A DNA stretch of 64,000 nt from contig JASTWF010000034.1 of the NCBI GenBank assembly GCA_030390025.1, positions 5,332,001 to 5,396,000 of the forward strand. Reading direction: 5' to 3'. Below, piece by piece: positions 36,801 to 51,800 of this stretch. The notes beneath the pieces are model-generated. The model was not told where the DNA came from, searched no databases, and saw only the letters and a list, made by a program, of their open reading frames with translations. Source of the stretch: Squalus acanthias. Its lineage: Eukaryota. A program made the translations under genes and the position numbers. The stretch's first letter is position 1. Each line of letters starts with the position of its first letter.

Positions 36801-39800
36801 CACACCCTGTGGACTGGTCAAACAGCCGAGTCCATGATTGGACACACCCCGGGGTCTGGTCAAATACCCGAGTCCATGATCGGACACACCCTGGGGACTG
36901 ATCAAACAGCCGAGTCCATGATCGGACACACCCCGGGGTCTGGTCAAATGCCCGAGTCGATTATCGGACACAGCCCCGGGGACTGGTCAAACGCCCGAGT
37001 CCATGATCGGACACAGCCCGGGGACTGTTCAAACACCCGAGTACATGATCGGACACAGCCCCGGGGACTGGTCAAATGCTCGAGTCCATGATCAGACACA
37101 GCCCCAGGGACTGGTGATACGCCCGAGTCCATGATCGGACACAGCCCGGGGTCCGGTCAAATGCCCGAGTCCATGATCGGGCACAGTCCCAGGGACTGGT
37201 CAAACGCCTGAGTTCATGATCGGACACACCCTGTGGACTGGCCAAACAGCCGAGTCCATGATCGGACACACCCCGGGGTCTGGTCAAATACCCGAGTCCA
37301 TGATCGGACACACCCCGGGGACTCGTCAAACAGTTGAGTCCATGATTGGACACATCCCGGGGACTGGTCGAACGCCCGAGTCCATGATCAGACACAGCCC
37401 AAGGAATGGTGAAACGCCGTAGTCCATGATCGGACACACCCCGCGGACTGGTCAATCGCCCGAGTCCATGATCGGACACACCACGGGGACTGGTCAAATG
37501 CCCGAGTCCATGATCGGACACACCACGGGGACTGGTCCAACGCCCGAGTCCATGATCGGTCACACCACGGGGACATGTCAAACTCCCGAATCCATGATCG
37601 GACACACCACAGGGACTGGTCCAACGCCCGAGTCCATGATCGGACACACCACGGGGACATGTCAAACTCCCGAATCCATGATCGGACACACCACGGGGAC
37701 TGGTCCAACGCCCGAGTCCATGATCTGACACATCCCGGGAACTGGTCAAACAGCCGAGTCCATGATCGGACACACCCCGGGGACTGGTCAAACGCCCAAG
37801 TTCTTGATCGGACACATAGCGGGGACTGGTCAAACGCCCGAGTCCATGATCAGTAACACCCCGGGGTCTGGTCAAACTCCCGAGTTCATGATCGGTAACA
37901 CAGCGGGGACAGGTCAAACGCCCGAGTCCATGATCGGACACACCCTGGGGACTGGTGAAACGCCCGAGTCTATGATCGGACACACCCTGGGGTCTGGTCA
38001 AACGCCCGAGTCCTGATCGGTCACAGCCCCGGGGACTGGTCAAATGCCTGAGTCCATGATCAGACACACCCCGGGGACTGGTGAAACGCCCGAGTCTATG
38101 ATCGGACACACGCTGGGGTCTGGTCAAACGCCCGAGTCCTGATCGGTCACAGCCCCGGGGACTGGTCAAATGCCCGAGTCCATGATCAGACACACCCCGG
38201 GGACTGGGCAAACGCCCGAGTCCATGATCGGACACAACCCAGGCACAGATCAAACAGCCGAGTCCATGATCGGACACACCCAGGGGATTGGTCAAACAGC
38301 CGAGTCCATGATTGGACACACCCCGGGGACTGTTCAAACACCCGAGAGCATGATCGGACACACCCGGGGGACTGTTTAAACGCCCGAGTCCATGATCAGA
38401 CACAGCCCTGGGGACTGTTCAAATGCCCGAGTCCATGATCGGACACACTCCGGGGACTGGTCAAACGCCCGAGTCCATGATCGGACACAGCTCCGGGGAC
38501 TGGTCAAACGCCCGAGGCCACGATCGGCCATACCCTGGAGACTGGTCAAACAGCTGAGTCCATCATCGGACTCAACCCGGGGACTGGTCAAACGCCCGAG
38601 TCCATGATCGGTCACACCGCGGGGACTGGTCAATCGCCCGAGTCCATAATCGGATACACACTGGGGACTGGACAAACGACCGAGTCCATGATCGGACACA
38701 GCCCCGGGGACTGGTCAAACGCCCGACTCCATGATCGGACACACACTGGGGACTGGACAGATGTCCGAGTCCATGATTGGACACACCCAGGGGACTGGTC
38801 AAACACCCGAGTCCATGATTGGACCCACCCCGGGGACTGGTCAAACACCCAAGTCCATGATTGGACACACCCCGGGGACTGGTGAAACGCCCGAGTCCAT
38901 GATCAGACACAGCTCGCGGCCTGGTCAAACACCCAAGTCCATGATCATACCCACCCCGGGCACAGGTCAAACGCCCGAGTTCATGATCGGACACACCCGC
39001 GGGGATGGACAAACGCCCGAGTCCATGATCGGACACAGCCCCGGGGACTGGTCAAACACCCGACTCCATGATCGGAGACAGACCCAGGGCCTGGTCAAAC
39101 GCTTGAGTCTATGATTGGACATACACCGGGGACTGGTCAAACACCCAAGTCCATGATCAGACACAGCCCCGGTGACTGGTCAAACGACCGAGTTCTTGAT
39201 CGGACACACCCCGGGTGCTGCTCAAATGCCCGGGTACATGATTGGACACACCCTGGGTACTGGTCAAACTGCGGAGTCCATGATCGGACACAGCCCCGGG
39301 GACTGGTCAAAATGTGGAGTCCATGATCGGACACAGCCCCGGGGACTGCTCAAACGCCGAGTCCATGATCGGACACAGCTCCGGGGACTGGTCAAACGCC
39401 CGAGTCCATGATCGGACACAGCTCCGGGGACTGGTCAAACGCCCGAGGCCAAGATCGGCCATACCCTGGAGACTGGTCAAACAGCTGAGTCCATCATCGG
39501 ACTCAACCCGGGGACTGGTCAAACTCCCGAGTCCATGATCGGACACACCGTGGGGACTGGTCAATCGCCCGAGTCCATGATCGGATACACACTGGGGACT
39601 GGACAAACGACCGAGTCCATGATCGGACACAGCCCCGGGGACTGGACAAACGCCCGACTCCATGATCGGACACACACTGGGGACTGGACAGATGTCCGAG
39701 TCCATGATTGGACACACCCAGGGGACTGGTCAAACATCGAGTCCATGATTGGACACACCCCGGGGACTGGTGAAACGCCCGAGTCCATGATCAGACAAAG

Positions 39801-42800
39801 CTCGCGGCCTGGTCAAACACCCAAGTCCATGATCATACCCACCCCGGGCACTGGTCAAACGCCCGAGTTCATGATCGGACACACCCGCGGGGATGGACAA
39901 ACGCCCGAGTCCATGATCGGACACAGCCCCGGGGACTGGTCAAACTGCGGAGTCCATGATCGGACACTGCCCCGGGGACTGGTCAAACGCCGAGTCCATG
40001 ATCGGACACACACAGGGGGACTGGTCAAATGCCCGAGTTCATGATCGGACACACCCCGGGGAATGGTCAAACGCCTGAATCCATGATTGTACACATCCCG
40101 GGGACTGGTCAAACAGTCGAGTCCATGATCGGACAAACCCCAGGGACTTGTCCAACGTCGAGTCCATGATCGGACACACCCCGGGGACTGGTCAATCAGC
40201 CAAGTCCATGATCGGACTCATCTCGGGGACTGGTCAAACATCCGAGGCCATGATCGGACACACACCGGGGACTGGACAAAAGCCCGAGTCCATGATCGGA
40301 CACACCACGCGGACTTTCAAATGCCTGAGCCCATGATCGGACTCACCCCAGGAACTGGTCAAACTGCCGAGTCCGTGATCGGACACACCCGCGGGGACTG
40401 GACAAACGCCCGAGTCCATGATCGGACACACCCCGGGGACTGGTCAAACACCTGAGTCCATGATCGCACACACCCCGGGGACTGGTCAAACGCCCGAGTC
40501 CATGATCGGACACAGCCCCGGGTACTGGCCAAACTGCAGAGTCCATGATCGGACACACCCCGGGGAATGGTCAAACAGCCGACTCCATGATCAGACGCAA
40601 GCCCGGGGACTGGTCAAACGCCCGAGGACATGAACGGACACACCCCGGGGACTGGTCTAAAGCCCAAGTCCATGATCGGACACAGCTCTGGGGACTGGTC
40701 AAACGCACGAGTCCATGATCGTACACAGTCTCGGGGACTGGTCAAACGCCCTAGTCCATGATTGGACACACGCCGTGAACTGGTCAAACGCCCGACTCCA
40801 TGATCGGTCACAACCCGCCGACCGGTCAAACGCCAGAGTCCACGATCGGACACACCCCGGGGACTGATCAAACGCCCGAGTCCATGATCAGACACAGCCC
40901 CAGGGATTAGTCAAACGCCCGAATCCATGATCGGACAAAGCCCCGGGGTCTGGCCTAATCCCCGAATCCATGATGGGACAAAGCCCCGGGGTCTGGTGTA
41001 ACCCCCGAATCCATAATCGGACACACCCCGGGGACTGGTCAAACGCCCGAGTCCATGATCAGACACACCCCGGGGACTGGTCAAACGCCCGAGTCCATGA
41101 TCGGACACACCCCGGGGACTGTTCAAACGCCCGAGTCCATGATCGGACACACCCCGGAGACTGGTCAAACAGCCGAGTCCATGATCGGACACATCCCGGG
41201 GACTGGTCAAAAGCCCAAGTTCATGATCGGACAGACAGCGGGGACTGGTGAAACGCCCGACTCCATGATCAGTAACACCCCGGGGTCTGATCAAACGCCC
41301 GAGTTCATGATCGGACACACAGCGGGGACGGGTCAAACGCCCTAGTCCGTGATCGGACACACAGCGGGGACTGGTCAAACGCCCGAGTCCATGATCGGAC
41401 ACACCCTGGGGACTGGTCAAACGCCCGAGTCCTGATCGGTCACAGCCCCGGGGACTGGTCAAATGCCTGAGTCCATGATCAGACACACCCCGGGGACTGG
41501 GCAAACGCCCGAGTCCATGATTGGACACAGACTGGGGTCTGGTCAAACGCCCGAGTCCTGATCGGTCACAGCCCCGGGGACTGGTCAAATGGCCGAGTCC
41601 ATGATCAGACACACCCCGGGGACTGGGCAAACGCCCGAGTCCATGATCGGACACAACCCAGGCACAGATCAAACAGCCGAGTCCATGATCGGACACACCC
41701 AGGGGACTGGTCAAATGCCCGAGTCCATGATCAGTAACACCCCGGGGTCTGGTCAAACGCCCGAGTTCATGATCGGACACACAGCGGGGACGGGTCAAAC
41801 GCCCGAGTCCATGATCGGACACACAGCGGGGACTGGACAAACGCCCGAGTCCATGATCGGACACACCCTGGGGACTGGTCAAACGCCCGAGTCCTGATCG
41901 GTCACAGCCCCGGGGACTGGTCAAATGCCTGAGTCCATGATCAGACACACCCCGGGGACTGGGCAAACGCCCGAGTCCATGATTGGACACACCCTGGGGT
42001 CTGGTCAAACGCCCGAGTCCTGATCGGTCACAGCCCCGGGGACTGGTCAAATGGCCGAGTCCATGATCAGACACACCCCGGGGACTGTGCAAACGCCCGA
42101 GTCCATGATCGGACACAACCCAGGCACAGATCAAACAGCCGAGTCCATGATCGGACACACCCAGGGGACTGGTCAAATGGCCGAGTCCATGATCAGACAC
42201 ACCCCGGGGACTGGTGAAATGCCCGAGTCCATGATCGGACACACCCCCGGGTCTGTGCAAACACCCGAGTCCATGATCGGACACACCCGGGGGACTAGTT
42301 AAACGCCCGAGTCCATGATCGGACACAGCCCTGGGGACTGTTCAAATGCCCGAGTCCATGATCGGACACACTCCGGGGACTGGTCAAACGCCCGAGTCCA
42401 TGATCGGACACACCGCGGGGACTGGTCAATCGCCCGAGTCCATGATCGGATACACACTGGGGACTGGTCAAACGCCCAAGTCCATGATCGGACCCACCCC
42501 GGGGACTGGTCAAACACCCGAGTCCATGATTGGACACACCCCGGGGACTGGTCAAACGCCCGAGTCCATGATAAGACACAGCTGGCGGCCTGGTCAAACG
42601 ACCAAGTCCATGATCATACCCACCCCGGGCACTGGTCAAACGCCCGAGTCCATGATCGGACACAGCCCCGGGGACTGGTCAAACGCCGAGTCCTTGATCG
42701 GACACATCCCGGGGACTGGTCATATGCCCGAGTTCATGATCGGACACACCCCGGGGACTGGTCAAAAGCCCAAGTTCATGATCGGACAGACCCCGGGGAC

Positions 42801-45800
42801 TGGTCAAACGCCCGAGTCCATGATCAGTAACACCCCGGGGTCTGGTCAAACGCCCGAGTTCATGATCGGACACACAGCGGGGACGGGTCAAACGCCCGAG
42901 TCCGTGATCGGACACACAGCGGGGACTGGTCAAACGCCCGAGTCCATGATCGGACACACCCTGGGGACTGGTCAAACGCCCGAGTCCTGATCGGTCACAG
43001 CCCCGGGGACTGGTCAAACACTCGACTCCATGATCGGACACAGACCCAGGGACTGATCAAACGCTCGAGTCTATGATTGGCCATACACCGGAGACTGGTC
43101 AAACACCCAAGTCCATGATCAGACACAGCCCCGGTGACTGGTCAAACGCCCGAGTTCTTGATCGGCACACCCCGGGTTCTGCTCAAATGCCCGGGTACAT
43201 GATCGGCCACACCCCGGGTACTGGTCAAACTGCAGAGTCCATGATCGGACACAGCCCCGGGGACTGGTCAAACGCCGAGTCCTTGATCGGACACACCCCG
43301 GGGACTGGTCAAAAGCCCAAGTTCATGATCGGACAGACAGCGGGGACTGGTCAAACGCCCGAGTCCATGATCAGTAACACCCCGGGGTCTGGTCAAACGC
43401 CCGAGTTCATGATCGGACACACAGCGGGGACGGGTCAAACGCCCGAGTCCGTGATCGGACACACAGCGGGGACTGGTCAAACGCCCGAGTCCATGATCGG
43501 ACACACCCTGGGGACTGGTCAAACGCCCGAGTCCTGATCGGTCACAGCCCCGGGGACTGGTCAAATGCCCGAGTCCATGATCAGACACACCCCGGGGACT
43601 GGGCAAACGCCCGAGTCCATGATTGGACACACCCTGGGGTCTGGTCAAACGCCCGAGTCCTGATCGGTCACAGCCCCGGGGACTGGTCAAATGGCCGAGT
43701 CCATGATCAGACACACCCCGGGGACTGGGCAAACGCCCGAGTCCATGATCGGACACAACCCAGGCACAGATCAAACAGCCGAGTCCATGATCGGACACAC
43801 CCAGGGGACTGGTCAAATGGCCGAGTCAATGATCAGACACACCCCGGGGACTGGTCAAACGCCCGAGTTCATGATCGGACACACAGCGGGGACTGGTCAA
43901 ACGCCCGAGTCCTGATCGGTCACAGCCCCGGGGACTGGTCAAATGCCTGAGTCCATGATCAGACACACCCCGGGGACTGGGCAAACGCCCGAGTCCATGA
44001 TTGGACACAGACTGGGGTCTGGTCAAACGCCCGAGTCCTGATCGGTCACAGCCCCGGGGACTGGTCAAATGGCCGAGTCCATGATCAGACACACCCCGGG
44101 GACTGGGCAAACGCCCGAGTCCATGATCGGACACAACCCAGGCACAGATCAAACAGCCGAGTCCATGATCGGACACACCCAGGGGACTGGTCAAATGCCC
44201 GAGTCCATGATCAGTAACACCCCGGGGTCTGGTCAAACGCCCGAGTTCATGATCGGACACACAGCGGGGACGGGTCAAACGCCCGAGTCCATGATCGGAC
44301 ACACAGCGGGGACTGGACAAACGCCCGAGTCCATGATCGGACACACCCTGGGGACTGGTCAAACGCCCGAGTCCTGATCGGTCACAGCCCCGGGGACTGG
44401 TCAAATGCCTGAGTCCATGATCAGACACACCCCGGGGACTGGGCAAACGCCCGAGTCCATGATTGGACACACCCTGGGGTCTGGTCAAACGCCCGAGTCC
44501 TGATCGGTCACAGCCCCGGGGACTGGTCAAATGGCCGAGTCCATGATCAGACACACCCCGGGGACTGTGCAAACGCCCGAGTCCATGATCGGACACAACC
44601 CAGGCACAGATCAAACAGCTGAGTCCATGATCGGACACACCCAGGGGACTGGTCAAATGGCCGAGTCCATGATCAGACACACCCCGGGGACTGGTGAAAT
44701 GCCCGAGTCCATGATCGGACACACCCCCGGGTCTGTGCAAACACCCGAGTCCATGATCGGACACACCCGGGGGACTAGTTAAACGCCCGAGTCCATGATC
44801 GGACACAGCCCTGGGGACTGTTCAAATGCCCGAGTCCATGATCGGACACACTCCGGGGACTGGTCAAACGCCCGAGTCCATGATCGGACACACCGCGGGG
44901 ACTGGTCAATCGCCCGAGTCCATGATCGGATACACACTGGGGACTGGTCAAACGCCCAAGTCCATGATCGGACCCACCCCGGGGACTGGTCAAACACCCG
45001 AGTCCATGATTGGACACACCCCGGGGACTGGTCAAACGCCCGAGTCCATGATAAGACACAGCTGGCGGCCTGGTCAAACGCCCGAGTCCATGATAAGACA
45101 CAGCTGGCGGCCTGGTCAAACGACCAAGTCCATGATCATACCCACCCCGGGCACTGGTCAAACGCCCGAGTCCATGATCGGACACAGCCCCGGGGACTGG
45201 TCAAACGCCGAGTCCTTGATCGGACACACCCGGGGACTGGTCAAACGCCCGAGTCCGTGATCGGACACACAGCGGGGACTGGTCAAACGCCCGAGTCATG
45301 ATCGGACACACCCTGGGGACTGGTCAAACGCCCGAGTCCTGATCGGTCACAGCCCCGGGGACTGGTCAAACACTCGACTCCATGATCGGACACAGACCCA
45401 GGGACTGATCAAACGCTCGAGTCTATGATTGGCCATACACCGGAGACTGGTCAAACACCCAAGTCCATGATCAGACACAGCCCCGGTGACTGGTCAAACG
45501 CCCGAGTTCTTGATCGGCACACCCCGGGTTCTGCTCAAATGCCCGGGTACATGATCGGACACACCCCGGGTACTGGTCAAACTGCGGAGTCCATGATCGG
45601 ACACAGCCCCGGGGACTGGTCAAACGCCGAGTCCTTGATCGGACACACCCCGGGGACTGGTCAAAAGCCCAAGTTCATGATCGGACAGACAGCGGGGACT
45701 GGTCAAACGCCCGAGTCCATGATCAGTAACACCCCGGGGTCTGGTCAAACGCCCGAGTTCATGATCGGACACACAGCGGGGACGGGTCAAACGCCCGAGT

Positions 45801-48800
45801 CCGTGATCGGACACACAGCGGGGACTGGTCAAACGCCCGAGTCCATGATCGGACACACCCTGGGGACTGGTCAAACGCCCGAGTCCTGATCGGTCACAGC
45901 CCCGGGGACTGGTCAAATGCCCGAGTCCATGATCAGACACACCCCGGGGACTGGGCAAACGCCCGAGTCCATGATTGGACACACCCTGGGGTCTGGTCAA
46001 ACGCCCGAGTCCTGATCGGTCACAGCCCCGGGGACTGGTCAAATGGCCGAGTCCATGATCAGACACACCCCGGGGACTGGGCAAACGCCCGAGTCCATGA
46101 TCGGACACAACCCAGGCACAGATCAAACAGCCGAGTCCATGATCGGACACACCCAGGGGACTGGTCAAATGGCCGAGTCAATGATCAGACACACCCCGGG
46201 GACTGGGCAAATGCCCGAGTCCATGATCGGGCACACCCCGGGGACTGTGCAAACACCCGAGTCCATGATCGGACACACCCGGGGGACTAGTTAAACGCCC
46301 GAGTCCATGATTGGACACAGCCCTGGGGACTGTTCAAATGCCCGAGTCCATGATCGGACACACTCCGGGGACTGGTTAAACGCCCGAGTCCATGATCGGA
46401 CACAGCTCCGGGGACTGGTCAAACGCCCGAGTCCATGATCGGCCATACCCTGGAGACTGGTCAAACAGCCGAGTCCATCATCGGACTCAACCCGGGGACT
46501 GGTCAAACGCCCGAGTCCATGATCGGACACACCGCGGGGACTGGTCAATCGCCCGAGTCCATGATCGGATACACACTGGGGACTGGTCAAACGCCCGAGT
46601 CCATGATCGGACACACCGTGGGGACTGGTCAATCGCCCGAGTCCATGATCGGATACACACTGGGGACTGGACAAACGCCCGAGTCCATGATCGGACACAG
46701 CCCCGGGGACTGGACAGATGTCCGAGTCCATGATTGGACACACCTAGGGGACTGGTCAAAAGCCCAAGTCCATGATTGGACACACCCCGGGGACTGGTCA
46801 AACGCCCGAGTCCAGGATAAGACACAGCTGGCGGCCTGTTCAAACGCCCAAGTCCATGATCATACCCACCCCGGGCACTGGTCAAACGCCCGAGTTCATG
46901 ATCGGACCCACCCCGGGCACTCGTCAAACGCCCGGGTCCATAATCGGACTCAGTCCCGGGGACTGGTCAAACACTCGACTCCATGATCGGACACAGACCC
47001 AGGGACTGGTCAAACGCTCGAGTCTATGATTGGCCATACACCGGAGACTGGTCAAACACCCAAGTCCATGATCAGACACAGCCCCGGTGACTGGTCAAAC
47101 GCCCGAGTTCTTGATCGGCACACCCCGGGTTCTGCTCAAATGCCCGGGTACATGATCGGACACACCCCGGGTACTGGTCAAACTGCGGAGTCCATGATCA
47201 TACCCACCCCGGGCACTGGTCAAACGCCCGAGTCCATGATCGGACACAGCCCCGGGGACTGGTCAAACGCCGAGTCCTTGATCGGACACATCCCGGGGAC
47301 TGGTCATATGCCCGAGTTCATGATCGGACACACCCCGGGGACTGGTCAAAAGCCCAAGTTCATGATCGGACAGACCCGGGGACTGGTCAAACGCCCGAGT
47401 CCATGATCAGTAACACCCCGGGGTCTGGTCAAACGCCCGAGTTCATGATCGGACACACAGCGGGGACGGGTCAAACGCCCGAGTCCGTGATCGGACACAC
47501 AGCGGGGACTGGTCAAACGCCCGAGTCCATGATCGGACACACCCTGGGGACTGGTCAAACGCCCGAGTCCTGATCGGTCACAGCCCCGGGGACTGGTCAA
47601 ACACTCGACTCCATGATCGGACACAGACCCAGGGACTGATCAAACGCTCGAGTCTATGATTGGCCATACACCGGAGACTGGTCAAACACCCAAGTCCATG
47701 ATCAGACACAGCCCCGGTGACTGGTCAAACGCCCGAGTTCTTGATCGGCACACCCCGGGTTCTGCTCAAATGCCCGGGTACATGATCGGACACACCCCGG
47801 GTACTGGTCAAACTGCGGAGTCCATGATCGGACACAGCCCCGGGGACTGGTCAAACGCCGAGTCCTTGATCGGACACACCCCGGGGACTGGTCAAAAGCC
47901 CAAGTTCATGATCGGACAGACAGCGGGGACTGGTCAAACGCCCGAGTCCATGATCAGTAACACCCCGGGGTCTGGTCAAACGCCCGAGTTCATGATCGGA
48001 CACACAGCGGGGACGGGTCAAACGCCCGAGTCCGTGATCGGACACACAGCGGGGACTGGTCAAACGCCCGAGTCCATGATCGGACACACCCTGGGGACTG
48101 GTCAAACGCCCGAGTCCTGATCGGTCACAGCCCCGGGGACTGGTCAAATGCCCGAGTCCATGATCAGACACACCCCGGGGACTGGGCAAACGCCCGAGTC
48201 CATGATTGGACACACCCTGGGGTCTGGTCAAACGCCCGAGTCCTGATCGGTCACAGCCCCGGGGACTGGTCAAATGGCCGAGTCCATGATCGGACACACC
48301 GCGGGGACTGGTCAATCGCCCGAGTCCATGATTGGACACAGCCCTGGGGACTGTTCAAATGCCCGAGTCCATGATCGGACACACTCCGGGGACTGGTTAA
48401 ACGCCCGAGTCCATGATCGGACACAGCTCCGGGGACTGGTCAAACGCCCGAGTCCATGATCGGCCATACCCTGGAGACTGGTCAAACAGCCGAGTCCATC
48501 ATCGGACTCAACCCGGGGACTGGTCAAACGCCCGAGTCCATGATCGGACACACCGCGGGGACTGGTCAATCGCCCGAGTCCATGATCGGATACACACTGG
48601 GGACTGGTCAAACGCCCGAGTCCATGATCGGACACACCGTGGGGACTGGTCAATCGCCCGAGTCCATGATCGGATACACACTGGGGACTGGACAAACGCC
48701 CGAGTCCATGATCGGACACAGCCCCGGGGACTGGACAGATGTCCGAGTCCATGATTGGACACACCTAGGGGACTGGTCAAAAGCCCAAGTCCATGATTGG

Positions 48801-51800
48801 ACACACCCCGGGGACTGGTCAAACGCCCGAGTCCAGGATAAGACACAGCTGGCGGCCTGTTCAAACGCCCAAGTCCATGATCATACCCACCCCGGGCACT
48901 GGTCAAACGCCCGAGTTCATGATCGGACCCACCCCGGGCACTCGTCAAACGCCCGGGTCCATAATCGGACTCAGTCCCGGGGACTGGTCAAACACTCGAC
49001 TCCATGATCGGACACAGACCCAGGGACTGGTCAAACGCTCGAGTCTATGATTGGCCATACACCGGAGACTGGTCAAACACCCAAGTCCATGATCAGACAC
49101 AGCCCCGGTGACTGGTCAAACGCCCGAGTTCTTGATCGGCACACCCCGGGTTCTGCTCAAATGCCCGGGTACATGATCGGACACACCCCGGGTACTGGTC
49201 AAACTGCGGAGTCCATGATCGGACACAGCCCCGGGGACTGGTCAAACGCCGAGTCCATGATCGGACACACACAGGGGGACTGGTCAAATGCCCGAGTTCA
49301 TGATCGGACACACCCCGGGGAAAGGTCAAACGCCTGAATCCATGATCGTACACATCCCGGGGACTGGTCAAACAGTCGAGTCCATGATCGGACAAACCCC
49401 AGAGACTTGTTCAACATCGAGTCCATGATCGGACACACCCCGGGGACTGGTCAATCAGCCAAGTCCATGATCGGACTCACCTCGGGGACTGGTCAAACAT
49501 CCGAGGCCATGATCGGACACACCCCGGGGACTGGACAAATGCCCGAGTCCATGATCGGACACACCACGGGGACTTTCAAACGCCTGAGTCCATGATCTGA
49601 CTCATCCCAGGAACTGGTCAAACTGCCGAGTCCGTGATCGGACACACCCGCGGGGACTGGACAAATGCCCGAGTCCATGATCATACCCACCCCGGGGACT
49701 GGTCAAACGCCCGAGTCCATGATCAGACACACCCCGGGGACTGGTCAAATGGCCGAGTCCATGATCGGACACACCCCGTGGACTGGTCAAATGGCCGAGT
49801 CCATGCTCGGACACACACTGGAGACTGGACAAACGCCCGAATCCATGATCGGACACAGCCCCAGGGAAGGATCAAACAGCTGAATCCATGATCGTACGCA
49901 CCCCAGAGACAGGTCAAACGCCCGAGTCCATGATGGGACACACCACAGGGACTGGTGAAACAGCCGAGTCCAAGATCGGACACACACCAGGGACTGTTCA
50001 ATCGCCCGAGTCCATGATCGGACACACCCCAGGGAATGATCAAACGCCCACGTCCATGATCAGATACATCCCGGGAACTGGTCAAATAGCCGAGTCCATG
50101 ATCGGACACAGCCCCGGGGACTGATTAAACTCCCGAGTCCATGATCGGACACAGCCCCGGGTACTGGTCCAACGCCCGAGTCCATGATCGGACACACCCC
50201 GGGGACTGGGCAAACGCCCGAGTCCATGATCGGACACAGCTCCGGGGACTGGTCAAACGCCCGAGTCCATGATCGGCCATACCCTGGAGACTGGTCAAAC
50301 AGCCGAGTCCATCATCGGACTCAACCCGGGGACTGGTCAAACGCCCGAGTCCATGATCGGACACACCGCGGGGACTGGTCAATCGCGCGAGTCCATGATC
50401 GGATACACACTGGGGACTGGACAAACGCCCGAGTCCATGATCGGACACAGCCTCGGGGACTGGTCAAACGCACGAGTCCATGATCGGACACACACTGGGG
50501 ACTGGACAGATGTCCGAGTCCATGATTGGACACACCCAGGGGACTGGTCAAACGCCCAAGTCCATGATCGGACCCACCCCGGGGACTGGTCAAACGCCCA
50601 AGTCCATGATCGGACCCACCCCGGGGACTGGTCAAACGCCCGAGTCCATGATAAGACACAGCTGGCGGCCTGGTCAATGCCCAAGTCCATGATCATACCC
50701 ACCCCGGGCACTGGTCAAACGCCCGAGTCCATGATCGGACTCAGCCCCGGGGACTGGTCAAATACTCGACTCCATGAACAGACACAGACCCAGGGACTGG
50801 TCAAACGCTCGAGTCTATGATTGGCCATACACCGGAGACTGGTCAAACACCCAAGTCCATGATCAGACACAGCCCCGGTGACTGGTCAAACGCCCGAGTT
50901 CTTGATCGGCACACCCCGGGTTCTGCTCAAATGCCCGGGTACATGATCGGACACACCCCGGGCACTGGTCAAACTGCGGAGTCCATGATCGGACACAGCC
51001 CCGGGGACTGGTCAAACGCCGAGTCCATGATCGGACGCACACAGGGGGACTGGTCAAATGCCCGAGTTCATGATCGGAGTCACCCCGGGGAATGGTCAAA
51101 CGCCTGAATCCATGATCGTACACATCCCGGGGACTGGTCAAACAGTCGAGTCCATGATCGGACAAACCCCAGAGACTTGTTCAACATCGAGTCCATGATC
51201 GGACACACCCCGGGGACTGGTCAATCAGCCAAGTCCATGATCGGACTCACCTCGGGGACTGGTCAAACATCCGAGGCCATGATCGGACACACCCCGGGGA
51301 CTGGACAAATGCCCGAGTCAATGATCGGACACACCGCGGGGACTTTCAAACGCCTGAGTCCATGATCTGACTCATCCCAGGAACTGGTCAAACTGCCGAG
51401 TCCATGATCGGACACACCCCGGGGAATTGTCAAACAGCCGACTCCATGATCAGACACAAGCCCGGGGACTGGTCAAACGCCCGAGGACATGAACGGACAC
51501 ACCCCGGGCACTTGTCTAAAGCCCAAGTCCATGATCAGACACAGCTCTGGGGACTGGTCAAACGCACGAGTCCATGATCGTACACAGTCTCGGGGACTGG
51601 ACAAATGCCCGAGTCCATGATCGGACACACCACAGAGACAGGTCAAACGCCCGAGTCCATGATGGGACACACCACAGGGACTGGTCAAACAGCCGAGTCC
51701 ATGATCGGACACACCCCAATGACTGTTCAATCGCCCGAGTCCATGATCGGACACATACCGGGAACTGGTCAAATAGCCGAGTCCATGATCGGACACAGCC